Origin: Vulcanimicrobiota bacterium
Lineage (GTDB): Bacteria > Vulcanimicrobiota > Vulcanimicrobiia > Eremiobacterales > Eremiobacteraceae
Assembly: GCA_963812135.1 (NCBI GenBank)
Contig: CAWETU010000005.1
Span: forward strand, 1-64,000
Direction of reading: 5' to 3'
Length of the DNA: 64,000 bases
Shown here piece by piece: positions 54,809 to 64,000 of this stretch (the stretch's first letter is position 1; each line of letters opens with the position of its first letter). Below the pieces are notes generated by a model, which searched no databases, was not told where the DNA came from, and saw nothing but the letters and a program-made list of their open reading frames with translations. Position numbers and translations under genes: made by a program.

Positions 54809-56217
54809 CGAGAGGCTCCATTCACAGGCAGGCGCTCGGGTAACATGCTCGTGGTCGGCGGCGCGGCCGGCCGCGGTGCGACCGTCACGATCGCCGGCGT
54901 GGCTCCGAGATACGTCTTGGCGGCATCGTGCACGCTCTCTGCCGTCAGCGACGCGGCTTGTCCGTAGTAGTCGCCGTTGAGCGACATGTCCGTGACGGCC
55001 GGCGCGTACGCAGGCGCGCCTTGCGCGAAATACCAGCCGTAGTTGTCGGCCAGCTGCTGCGGCGTCTGCGTATCGCGCAGCGTGTGGACTCGGAATGCGT
55101 CGAGCGCCCGCGCGAACTCCTGCGCCGGCAGCGGGCCGTCGATCAGCGGCTTGATGGCGTCACGCATGATGGCCGTCATCGCCTCGCTCGAGCGTTTGCC
55201 GCCGGTGACGGTCATGTAGAACACGCCCGCGTCGCGCAGCGTGATGAACTGTCCGTTGAAGTCGGCTTGCGGATCGGCATCCTGCACCGCTTTGGCGACC
55301 AGACCATAGCCAGGCCTCGTGAGATAGTCGGAGAGAAAATCCATCGCCGTCGATGTGCGCTCGTCGGTGACCGACGGCCCGACCCAGCCCAACGCGACGC
55401 CGCCTTCGTCCGCGAAGCCTGCGTTGACGGGCGTGCCTTGAGGACGGTTGCGCGATGACGCGGGCAACCCGCCTCCCGCAGCCGCGGGCGGTGCCGCGTC
55501 GGCGATCCGTTTGCCAAGCCCAGCTTCATCGAGGCCGCCGCCGACGGCGACGACCATCTCATTAGCCGGCACGAAGGTCCGCGTCGCGTACGCTTGCGCA
55601 TCTGCGAGCGTCAGCCCGCGCAGCGTGTCGGCGACGCCGTACGTGGACGCATGAAACGGCCCGTCGGCGAAGAGCTGATTGAAGATCGCGTCGCGCAAGA
55701 CGACGTCGGGCTCGCTGGCCGCAACGACTTGCTGTTCGGCGAGGCGCAATTTGCCTTCGCGGAAGCCGGCTTGGTCGATCGTGGGATGCAAGACCCGCGC
55801 GAGCAGCGCGTCGGTCAGCTGATCGGATGCGTTGGCAGGCGCAAGCACCGAGATCTCGGTCGAACTCGGGAACACCGAGACCGCGAGCTGGCCGCCTTCG
55901 TTGCGGACGATATCGCGCAGCGATGCGCCGTTGACCTTGGTCGCGACGATGCTAAGCGCCGTGAGGCGCGCGACTCCCGGTGCTGTCGTGCCGTAGCCGT
56001 CCGACGGACCGATGATCCACACCTCGAGCGCGGCGGTCGGCGAGAGCGTCGCGCGGCGCACGGCAAGCGTCAAACCGTCTGGCAGAACCGATTCGCCCGC
56101 CGCGAGCTTCGGCGCAGCGGCTTGCGCCGCGCTGCCCACGCCGGATGGGAAAACGCCGAGCAGCGCGAGCGCGGCGGCGAACACAAGCGCGGCAGTAACG
56201 CCGCGGGGGATCTGCAT
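54805..56217 (-). CDS. Exported M16 peptidase-like protein lacking HxxEH
   Basis: Signal peptide; LPDGL..LEVW..GVARLTA; FVPANEMVVAVG; LTAESVHDAAKTYL. Confidence 0.85.
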   Translation of the reverse strand: MQIPRGVTAALVFAAALALLGVFPSGVGSAAQAAAPKLAAGESVLPDGLTLAVRRATLSPTAALEVWIIGPSDGYGTTAPGVARLTALSIVATKVNGASLRDIVRNEGGQLAVSVFPSSTEISVLAPANASDQLTDALLARVLHPTIDQAGFREGKLRLAEQQVVAASEPDVVLRDAIFNQLFADGPFHASTYGVADTLRGLTLADAQAYATRTFVPANEMVVAVGGGLDEAGLGKRIADAAPPAAAGGGLPASSRNRPQGTPVNAGFADEGGVALGWVGPSVTDERTSTAMDFLSDYLTRPGYGLVAKAVQDADPQADFNGQFITLRDAGVFYMTVTGGKRSSEAMTAIMRDAIKPLIDGPLPAQEFARALDAFRVHTLRDTQTPQQLADNYGWYFAQGAPAYAPAVTDMSLNGDYYGQAASLTAESVHDAAKTYLGATPAIVTVAPRPAAPPTTSMLPERLPVNGASR

Positions 56218-56257
56218 GCTGGTGCCTTTCAGGTGCGAGGCGCGAGCGAGGTCTACG

Positions 56258-58198
<1,941 letters not shown>

Positions 58199-58368
58199 CG
58201 CTGATTCCCCCGGGAGGGGGCCTTTCTGTCCCGAGCCCGCTGCCCGGTTCTTCTTCTTATACTACGTATCGGGCGCTCGGGAAGTTTATAGAGGGTCAAG
58301 GACACATGTGCGCATGGGCTTCTGGGTGGTTTTGAGGGTACCCTACCCCACTTTCGAGCTACCCGGAC

Positions 58369-59772
58369 CTAGTGCGACCCATCCCACACAATCGCCAACA
58401 CCCGATCGCCGCGGGGCGCGAACCCTTCCATGACGCGCACGCCGACCGCCGCCACGATGCGTTCCGCGTGGCAAAGCAGTGGGATCTGAGTCCGGCGATG
58501 TTTCGGCACGCCCGACTTGGCGAGAAAGCGCGCCAGCGAGACCGCGCGCGTGCGTCCCGACGGGATACACGTGTCGCCTTCATGCGGTACGCGCACCTGA
58601 AGTTTCGTGCCGGCGGGCAAAGCATCGTCATCGAGCAGCGTTGCGCCGCGCGGCGCGCTCGCGCGCGTGGTGCGGCGCAGCGTGAGATGTCCGTTCGTAT
58701 CGTTCGCGATAGCGTCGCCTGCGGGAACGACGATCGTCGACCGCTCGCGTCGCGGAGCCCGGCTTTTTGGGGAGGAGTTGCGCGCGACGACGGACATGCG
58801 CCCTGCGGAAAGTTCGACTGCCGCCTGACCTGCATGAAATACTCCGCCCCGCCCGGCAGCGATCGCTGCGGCGATCGCGTCGCAGTGTTCGAAATGGAAG
58901 TCGCGGAGCGTACCGAGCGCGCGCCGGACGGCGTGCCGGATGACGCGGCGCAACAATGCGGGGCCCAGCTCGCGCAAGACACGCGTCGACAGGTCCTCAC
59001 TCGTCGGGCTGATGCGCGAGCGCCGCCACGCGGTAGCGGCAAGCGCGTCGAGCACTGCTTTGTCCTCCGCCAGCATCGCCGCCGAACGAGCGATCGCGCT
59101 CCCTGCGCCCGGAGCAAGCCGTTCCAGTTCGCCGAGCAGCGCCCGCACGGCGTTGCGCCGCAAGCCTAGATCCGCATTGGTCTCATCGGTCGCGAACGGT
59201 GCGCCCGCGTTGCGGACGAACTCGCGTAGTTGGACTTTGCTGTACCCGAGCAATGGTCGCAACAGCGTGATGTCCCCCTCGAGCCGGCGCTGCCTCGGCA
59301 TCGCGGCGAGCCCATCGAGGCCGCTACCACGGATGAGCGCGAGCAGCGCGGTTTCGGAGAGATCGTCGCGATGGTGGCCGGTGACGATCACGGACGCGCC
59401 GGCGTCGCGCGCGGCCTGCACCAACGCGCGATACCGTGCGGTCCGCGCCGCGGCTTCGACTCCAGCACCGCGCTTTGCGACCTTGACGCGTTTGACGACG
59501 ACGCGCGCGCCGGCGTGGCGCGCCTGCGCGCGAACGGCGGCGATGTCCTGGCGGATCTGCGCGCGCGGCCGCAACCCGTGATCGACGTACACGGCGATGA
59601 TGGTATCGCCGGGCATGGCCTCGCGTGCGAGCAGCATGGCGGCGGCGCTGTCCGGACCGCCGGATGCGGCGACGATGATCGCCCGCGCGGGCGCGCCGGT
59701 CTCGCGAGCCGCGGCGGCTTTGCGCGCTTCGGTGGACTTACGAGCTGCGGCGCGCGTAGCGCTCGACTTCAC
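58369..59772 (-). CDS. tilS: tRNA(Ile)-lysidine synthetase (start approximate)
   Basis: ASGGPDS, VDHGLR, EAAAR.ARY, TGHH.DD..ET, RPLL, DETN, RNAVR. Confidence 0.93.
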   Translation of the reverse strand: MKSSATRAAARKSTEARKAAAARETGAPARAIIVAASGGPDSAAAMLLAREAMPGDTIIAVYVDHGLRPRAQIRQDIAAVRAQARHAGARVVVKRVKVAKRGAGVEAAARTARYRALVQAARDAGASVIVTGHHRDDLSETALLALIRGSGLDGLAAMPRQRRLEGDITLLRPLLGYSKVQLREFVRNAGAPFATDETNADLGLRRNAVRALLGELERLAPGAGSAIARSAAMLAEDKAVLDALAATAWRRSRISPTSEDLSTRVLRELGPALLRRVIRHAVRRALGTLRDFHFEHCDAIAAAIAAGRGGVFHAGQAAVELSAGRMSVVARNSSPKSRAPRRERSTIVVPAGDAIANDTNGHLTLRRTTRASAPRGATLLDDDALPAGTKLQVRVPHEGDTCIPSGRTRAVSLARFLAKSGVPKHRRTQIPLLCHAERIVAAVGVRVMEGFAPRGDRVLAIVWDGSH

Positions 59773-60208
59773 GCTGCGCATCGCGCTTCTTGATCGTCTC
59801 ACGCTTGTCATAATGCTTCTTGCCGCGACCCAAGCCGAGCTCAGCCTTGACGCGCCCGCGTTTGAAATACAAGCGCAGCGGGAGCAATGCGAACCCTTTT
59901 TCCTGGAGCGTGCCGACCAGCCGTTTGAGTTCGCGCGCGTGCAGCAGCAGTTTGCGGTCGCGTCGCGGTTCGTGTTGCGAGAAGAACGTGCCCTGCTCGT
60001 ACGCTGGGATCTGCACGTTGACCAGCCAGGCCTCGCGGCCTTTGAGCCGGACGTAGCCATCCGTCAACGAGCAGCCGTTGACGCGCAGGCTCTTGACCTC
60101 GGTGCCGGTGAGCACGAGGCCGGCCTCCATGGTCTCTTCGATCTTGTAATCGTGCCGGGCGCGCCGATTGCTCGCGATGAGCTTGGTGCCGCCCTCCTCC
60201 GCACTCAT
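59738..60208 (-). CDS. smpB: SsrA-binding protein
   Basis: NRRARHDY, EAGLVLTGTEVKSLR, RKLLLH, GKKHYDKRE. Confidence 0.98.
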   Translation of the reverse strand: MSAEEGGTKLIASNRRARHDYKIEETMEAGLVLTGTEVKSLRVNGCSLTDGYVRLKGREAWLVNVQIPAYEQGTFFSQHEPRRDRKLLLHARELKRLVGTLQEKGFALLPLRLYFKRGRVKAELGLGRGKKHYDKRETIKKRDAQREVERYARRSS

Positions 60209-60217
60209 GCGGCGCCG

Positions 60218-60649
60218 CTAGACCGCGACGAAACGCGAGTGGCCTTCGGCGTAGACGGTGCCGGCGCCGTCGGACAGCACGGCGCTCGCGTCGAGCACCT
60301 TGCCGCGGCGCCGGTCGATCTTCCCTTCGAGCTGCAGCGGCGCACCGGTAGGCGCAGGTTTGCGAAAGCGGATCTCGAGCTTGCCGGTGAGCGCTCGCGC
60401 GCCTGCGGCGATCGCCGCGTGCGCCATCGCCTCGTCAAGCAATGTCGCGACGATGCCGCCGTGCAGCATGCCCGCCCAGCCGCCGAATTGCGGCTCGACC
60501 GCGACGGTGCAGCGCGCGCTGTTCTCGCCGTAATCGAACTTCAGCCGCAGACCGAGCGCGTTCTCGGGCCCGCACGCGAAGCATTGCCGGTCGTCCTGCA
60601 GCTGCGAAGGCGCCGTCGATGCCAAGAACGCTTCGCGCGACATCGTCAC
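60218..60649 (-). CDS. PaaI family thioesterase
   Basis: CFACGPEN..GL.L, HGGIVATLLDE. Confidence 0.9.
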   Translation of the reverse strand: MTMSREAFLASTAPSQLQDDRQCFACGPENALGLRLKFDYGENSARCTVAVEPQFGGWAGMLHGGIVATLLDEAMAHAAIAAGARALTGKLEIRFRKPAPTGAPLQLEGKIDRRRGKVLDASAVLSDGAGTVYAEGHSRFVAV

Positions 60650-61569
60650 TTGATGTCGCCGCGCTTGATCTTGTCGAGCTCGGATTGCGAGAACTCGGGC
60701 GCTTCGCCGTAGACGATCGCCTCGGAGAACGCGAGCTTGGCCTCAGGCACCTTGTGCACTTTCAGATAGACCGTGCCGAGCAGCGGCAAACCGTATTGAC
60801 CAGCCTCGCCGACGTGCCCCTTGTCGAGATCGATCGCCGTCTTGAGGTACTTGATGGCCGCGTCGTACTGGCCGAGGTCGTCCATGATCGATCCGAGATG
60901 GTAGAAGGCGTCGGGATAGTTCGGCATGAGATTCGGCACGTCGACGAGATAGGCAAGCGCGCGGTTGGGGTCTTTGAGGTCGACCTGGTAGATGCTCGAC
61001 AAGTACTCGCGCGCGAGCACGTCCTTGGGCGAGTTCGCCAATGCGGCGAGGAACTCGGCTTTCGAGCGGCTCGTCGAATTGTCACCCAGCCGGTAGATGC
61101 CCAAGCCCACGTGCGCCGCCGCCATGTGCGGATCGATCAGCAGCGCCGCGTTGAACGCGTCGCGCGCGTCCGGTCCGCGAGCGGTCTGGAACTGCGACAT
61201 GAACAGATACGTGTAGCCGAGCCGCGTCTGCATGAGCGCATCGCGCGGGTTCTTCGCGGCGTCTTCTTCTTCTTGATTGGACTGTTGGGTCAGCGCGTCG
61301 ACGCCGAGGTTGCGTAGACTGGCGTTGAAGAACGACAGCGCGAACGAGTCGGATGGCGCGATGGCGAGCGCCGCTTCGAACTCCGTGCGCGCTTTCGCGA
61401 AATTCTTCGAGTAGAACGCGGTGAGGCCGTCGCTGACGTGCGTCAAGAACGCGCGGTCCGAGTATTGCTCTCCGGGCTGCATGGCAGCGGCGACGCTTGG
61501 ACGCGCGCTTTGCAAGAGCGCGCAGCACACGACGAGAGCGATCAAAACGAGACGAAGATGGGTCATCAT
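60646..61569 (-). CDS. Secreted TPR protein
   Basis: Signal peptide; repeated TPR helices. Confidence 0.85.
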   Translation of the reverse strand: MMTHLRLVLIALVVCCALLQSARPSVAAAMQPGEQYSDRAFLTHVSDGLTAFYSKNFAKARTEFEAALAIAPSDSFALSFFNASLRNLGVDALTQQSNQEEEDAAKNPRDALMQTRLGYTYLFMSQFQTARGPDARDAFNAALLIDPHMAAAHVGLGIYRLGDNSTSRSKAEFLAALANSPKDVLAREYLSSIYQVDLKDPNRALAYLVDVPNLMPNYPDAFYHLGSIMDDLGQYDAAIKYLKTAIDLDKGHVGEAGQYGLPLLGTVYLKVHKVPEAKLAFSEAIVYGEAPEFSQSELDKIKRGDIK

Positions 61570-61582
61570 GCCTTTCTTTGCG

Positions 61583-62347
61583 TCACCAGCCCGAAACGAG
61601 GCGTTCGCTCAAGGTAGGCGGCAGGCTGGCTTGCGCGATCCGTTCGCGCACACGGTCGATATCGTACGTCACCCGCTTGATCTCAACCGCGTGTGCCGCG
61701 TCGTCATACGCGGCGAACGACGCCTGCGGGTTGCGGTCGCGGGGCTGTCCGACGCTCCCCACGTTGACGATATATCTGAATTCGCGAACGATGTCGATCC
61801 GCCCGCCATGGAGCAGCCGCTGCTGGAACGTCCTGCCTCCCGGGTTCTGGTAGTAGACTTCCGCGACGTGACTGTGCCCGACGAAGGTCAGCGGCTCCTG
61901 GGCCAGCTCGAAGGCGCGCTGCGCGTCTCGCACATCCATTATATACTCGAAATGGTGGACCGGCGCGCCGTGGACCATCGCGAAGCCGTCCAGCCGGCGC
62001 TCTCTCGGCAGGCCGGCGAGATAGGCCCGGTTGTCCGCAGTCAGCTGGTCGCGGGTCCAGGTGATAGCCTCGCGCGCGAGCGGATTGAACCGCTCTTCCC
62101 CGACGCCCTTGACCGCTGCCTCGTCGTGATTGCCCGCGATCGCGATGACGCCTCGCTCGCGCAGCAGATCGCAGCATTCGTTCGGGCTGGGGCCGTAGCC
62201 GACGATGTCTCCGAGGCACAGCAACGCGTCCACTCCCATGGCATCGATCTCGGCGATGACCGCGTGGAGCGCTTCAAGATTCGAATGGACGTCGGATAGT
62301 ATGCCGTAACGCAGGCCGGGCGACTTCTGTCGCCCGCCGCAGCTCAC
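61583..62347 (-). CDS. Metallophosphoesterase family protein
   Basis: SDVHSNLEAL, LGDIVGYG, GNHD, VHG, GHSH, NVGSVGQPRD. Confidence 0.93.
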   Translation of the reverse strand: MSCGGRQKSPGLRYGILSDVHSNLEALHAVIAEIDAMGVDALLCLGDIVGYGPSPNECCDLLRERGVIAIAGNHDEAAVKGVGEERFNPLAREAITWTRDQLTADNRAYLAGLPRERRLDGFAMVHGAPVHHFEYIMDVRDAQRAFELAQEPLTFVGHSHVAEVYYQNPGGRTFQQRLLHGGRIDIVREFRYIVNVGSVGQPRDRNPQASFAAYDDAAHAVEIKRVTYDIDRVRERIAQASLPPTLSERLVSGW

Positions 62348-62892
62348 CTCTGGACGCGCAGCTTGTCGACGACGCCTTTCACTCCTGAGGTGCCGCGCGC
62401 CGTGTCGACCGCGACCGATTCGATCGCGCGCGATGGCACGTCGCCGGCCAAGGTCACGACGCCGCGATGTGCACTCACATCGATCTTCAACGCGTTCACG
62501 CCGGTCTGCCCCGCGATCGCGACACGCACTTTTGCCGCGAGCGAGACGTCGTCGGCGATCTCGTTGCCGGTAGGCGCTTTGGGATTGATCGCGATCTGCG
62601 CGTTGACGGCCTTCACGCCATCGACTTTCCGCGCCGCGGCGATGAGCTGCTCGCGCTCTTGCGCGCTGCGCACCTGACCGCGCATCGTCACGACGCCGGC
62701 GGTGCATTCGACCTTGATCAGCGAGACCGTCGCGGGATCGAGCGCCGTCGCCGAGCCGCGCACCTGCGCGCAGACCCAAGCGTCGCTCGCGCCGCGTTCG
62801 ATGGCGCGTTGCGCTTGGTCTTGATCGCTCTTGCTGCAGCCCGCTATCACCAGCGCGCAAACCGCGAGTACGTACAACGATTTCATGATCAC
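62344..62892 (-). CDS. Dual-BON domain lipoprotein
   Basis: Lipobox IAG|C; two G.VT..G.V...V.GVK.V BON repeats. Confidence 0.9.
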   Translation of the reverse strand: MIMKSLYVLAVCALVIAGCSKSDQDQAQRAIERGASDAWVCAQVRGSATALDPATVSLIKVECTAGVVTMRGQVRSAQEREQLIAAARKVDGVKAVNAQIAINPKAPTGNEIADDVSLAAKVRVAIAGQTGVNALKIDVSAHRGVVTLAGDVPSRAIESVAVDTARGTSGVKGVVDKLRVQR

Positions 62893-64000
62893 CTCAAGCT
62901 CGACGTGCGCGAGAGCGGTATCGCATCGATCAACGTGCCTGGCTCGATCGGTCCGCTGCCCGCGGGCACATCCACGAGCGCGTCGGCGAAACCCAAGATG
63001 TGCATCTGCGCGGACGTACCGAGCAGCGGGGTCGCGTCTACGCCGTCGTCGGTGCGCACCAACCGCACTGGCACGAGATGTTCGAGATCGGGTTCGAGAT
63101 CGATCCGCTGTTGCAGCCGGGCGCGGATCGGCAGCGTGCTGTTGTCCTTATCATACAGCCGCAGCAGGATCGGTTTGCCCAGCGTCTCGAGCATCACCAG
63201 CGCGGACACCGGATTTCCCGGCAGCCCGACGACCGGCTTTTCGCCGACAATCGCGAGCATCGTGGGCCTACCGGGTTTCGCGCGCACGCCATGCACGATG
63301 ACGCCCGGCTTGCCGGCAGCGCCGACGATCTCGGGCGTGTAGTCGCGTTCGCCGACGCTCGAGCCGCCTGAGATCACAACCGCATCGCACTCCGAGAGCG
63401 CGCGCGCCAACGCGCGCTCGAACGCGTCGCGTCGATCGGGAACTCTCTCGTAGGCTTGCGGTTCGAAGCCCATCGCGCGCAACGCGCCTGCCAGGGAGAG
63501 GCTGTTGATGTCGCGCACCTCGCCGTCGCGCATCGTCGCGCCCGGCGACACGATCTCATCGCCCGTCACGAGCAAACCGACCTTCGGCGTGACGAAGACG
63601 AGCAATTCGGCGACGCCCGCCCCGGACAGCATGCCGACGGACGCTGCGGTAAGCACATCGCCGCGGCGGCGCAACACGTCACCGTCGCGGACGTCGGCGC
63701 CGCGCTGCGTGATGTGCTCCTCGCTGCCCTCACCGTCGAGCACCTCGATCGCACTGCCGAGATCGCGGCAATCTTCTTTCTTGACGACGCCGGTGGCGCC
63801 CGGCGGCAGCCAGCCGCCCGTCGGCACGCGGACCGCCTCTCCGGCTTGCAACTCGGCGCGAGGTGCGCGCTCGCCCATGAGCACTTCGCCGGTGACTGCG
63901 AGACGCACAGGATTGCGATTGTCGGCCGCTCGCACGTCGGGCGCGCGCACCGCGAACCCATCGACGCTCGAGCGCGTGAACGGCGGCACGTCTTCGACCG
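62889..64000 (-). CDS. moeA: Molybdopterin molybdotransferase MoeA (5' truncated)
   Basis: PPF.RS.VDGFAV, TGDEI, SGGSSVG.RD, KPGRP, GLPGNPVS. Confidence 0.96.
   Translation of the reverse strand, partial: VEDVPPFTRSSVDGFAVRAPDVRAADNRNPVRLAVTGEVLMGERAPRAELQAGEAVRVPTGGWLPPGATGVVKKEDCRDLGSAIEVLDGEGSEEHITQRGADVRDGDVLRRRGDVLTAASVGMLSGAGVAELLVFVTPKVGLLVTGDEIVSPGATMRDGEVRDINSLSLAGALRAMGFEPQAYERVPDRRDAFERALARALSECDAVVISGGSSVGERDYTPEIVGAAGKPGVIVHGVRAKPGRPTMLAIVGEKPVVGLPGNPVSALVMLETLGKPILLRLYDKDNSTLPIRARLQQRIDLEPDLEHLVPVRLVRTDDGVDATPLLGTSAQMHILGFADALVDVPAGSGPIEPGTLIDAIPLSRTSSLR

Overview
GC-rich bacterial chromosome segment, mostly housekeeping genes on the minus strand. It pairs Terrabacteria-type traits (AroH chorismate mutase, a G5/3D gene beside rsmA, a Gram-positive-type LexA box) with outer-membrane machinery (TonB/ExbBD, TonB-dependent receptor). 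That mix suggests a diderm Terrabacteria lineage such as Ca. Eremiobacterota; this is inference and was not checked. Positions 1-6.7 kb hold a minus-strand 16S-23S-5S operon with no spacer tRNA. Its 23S gene carries three ORF-less group I introns at E. coli-equivalent sites L1951, L2473 and L2593; L2473 is not a site I recognise. It also has a ~60-nt domain III expansion hairpin. A GTAG-type REP palindrome occurs at least 7 times, including inside one intron and inside the tyrA reading frame. Other notable items: a LexA-boxed, leaderless, degenerate RNase H-like gene; a TonB-dependent receptor bracketed by a perfect 14-bp inverted repeat, with an SD-sequestering leader; a Rho with a long x-D/E-R repeat N-terminus; two exported M16-like proteins lacking HxxEH; and a TonB cluster with uppP embedded. 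Many genes show small frameshifts, most likely long-read consensus errors.
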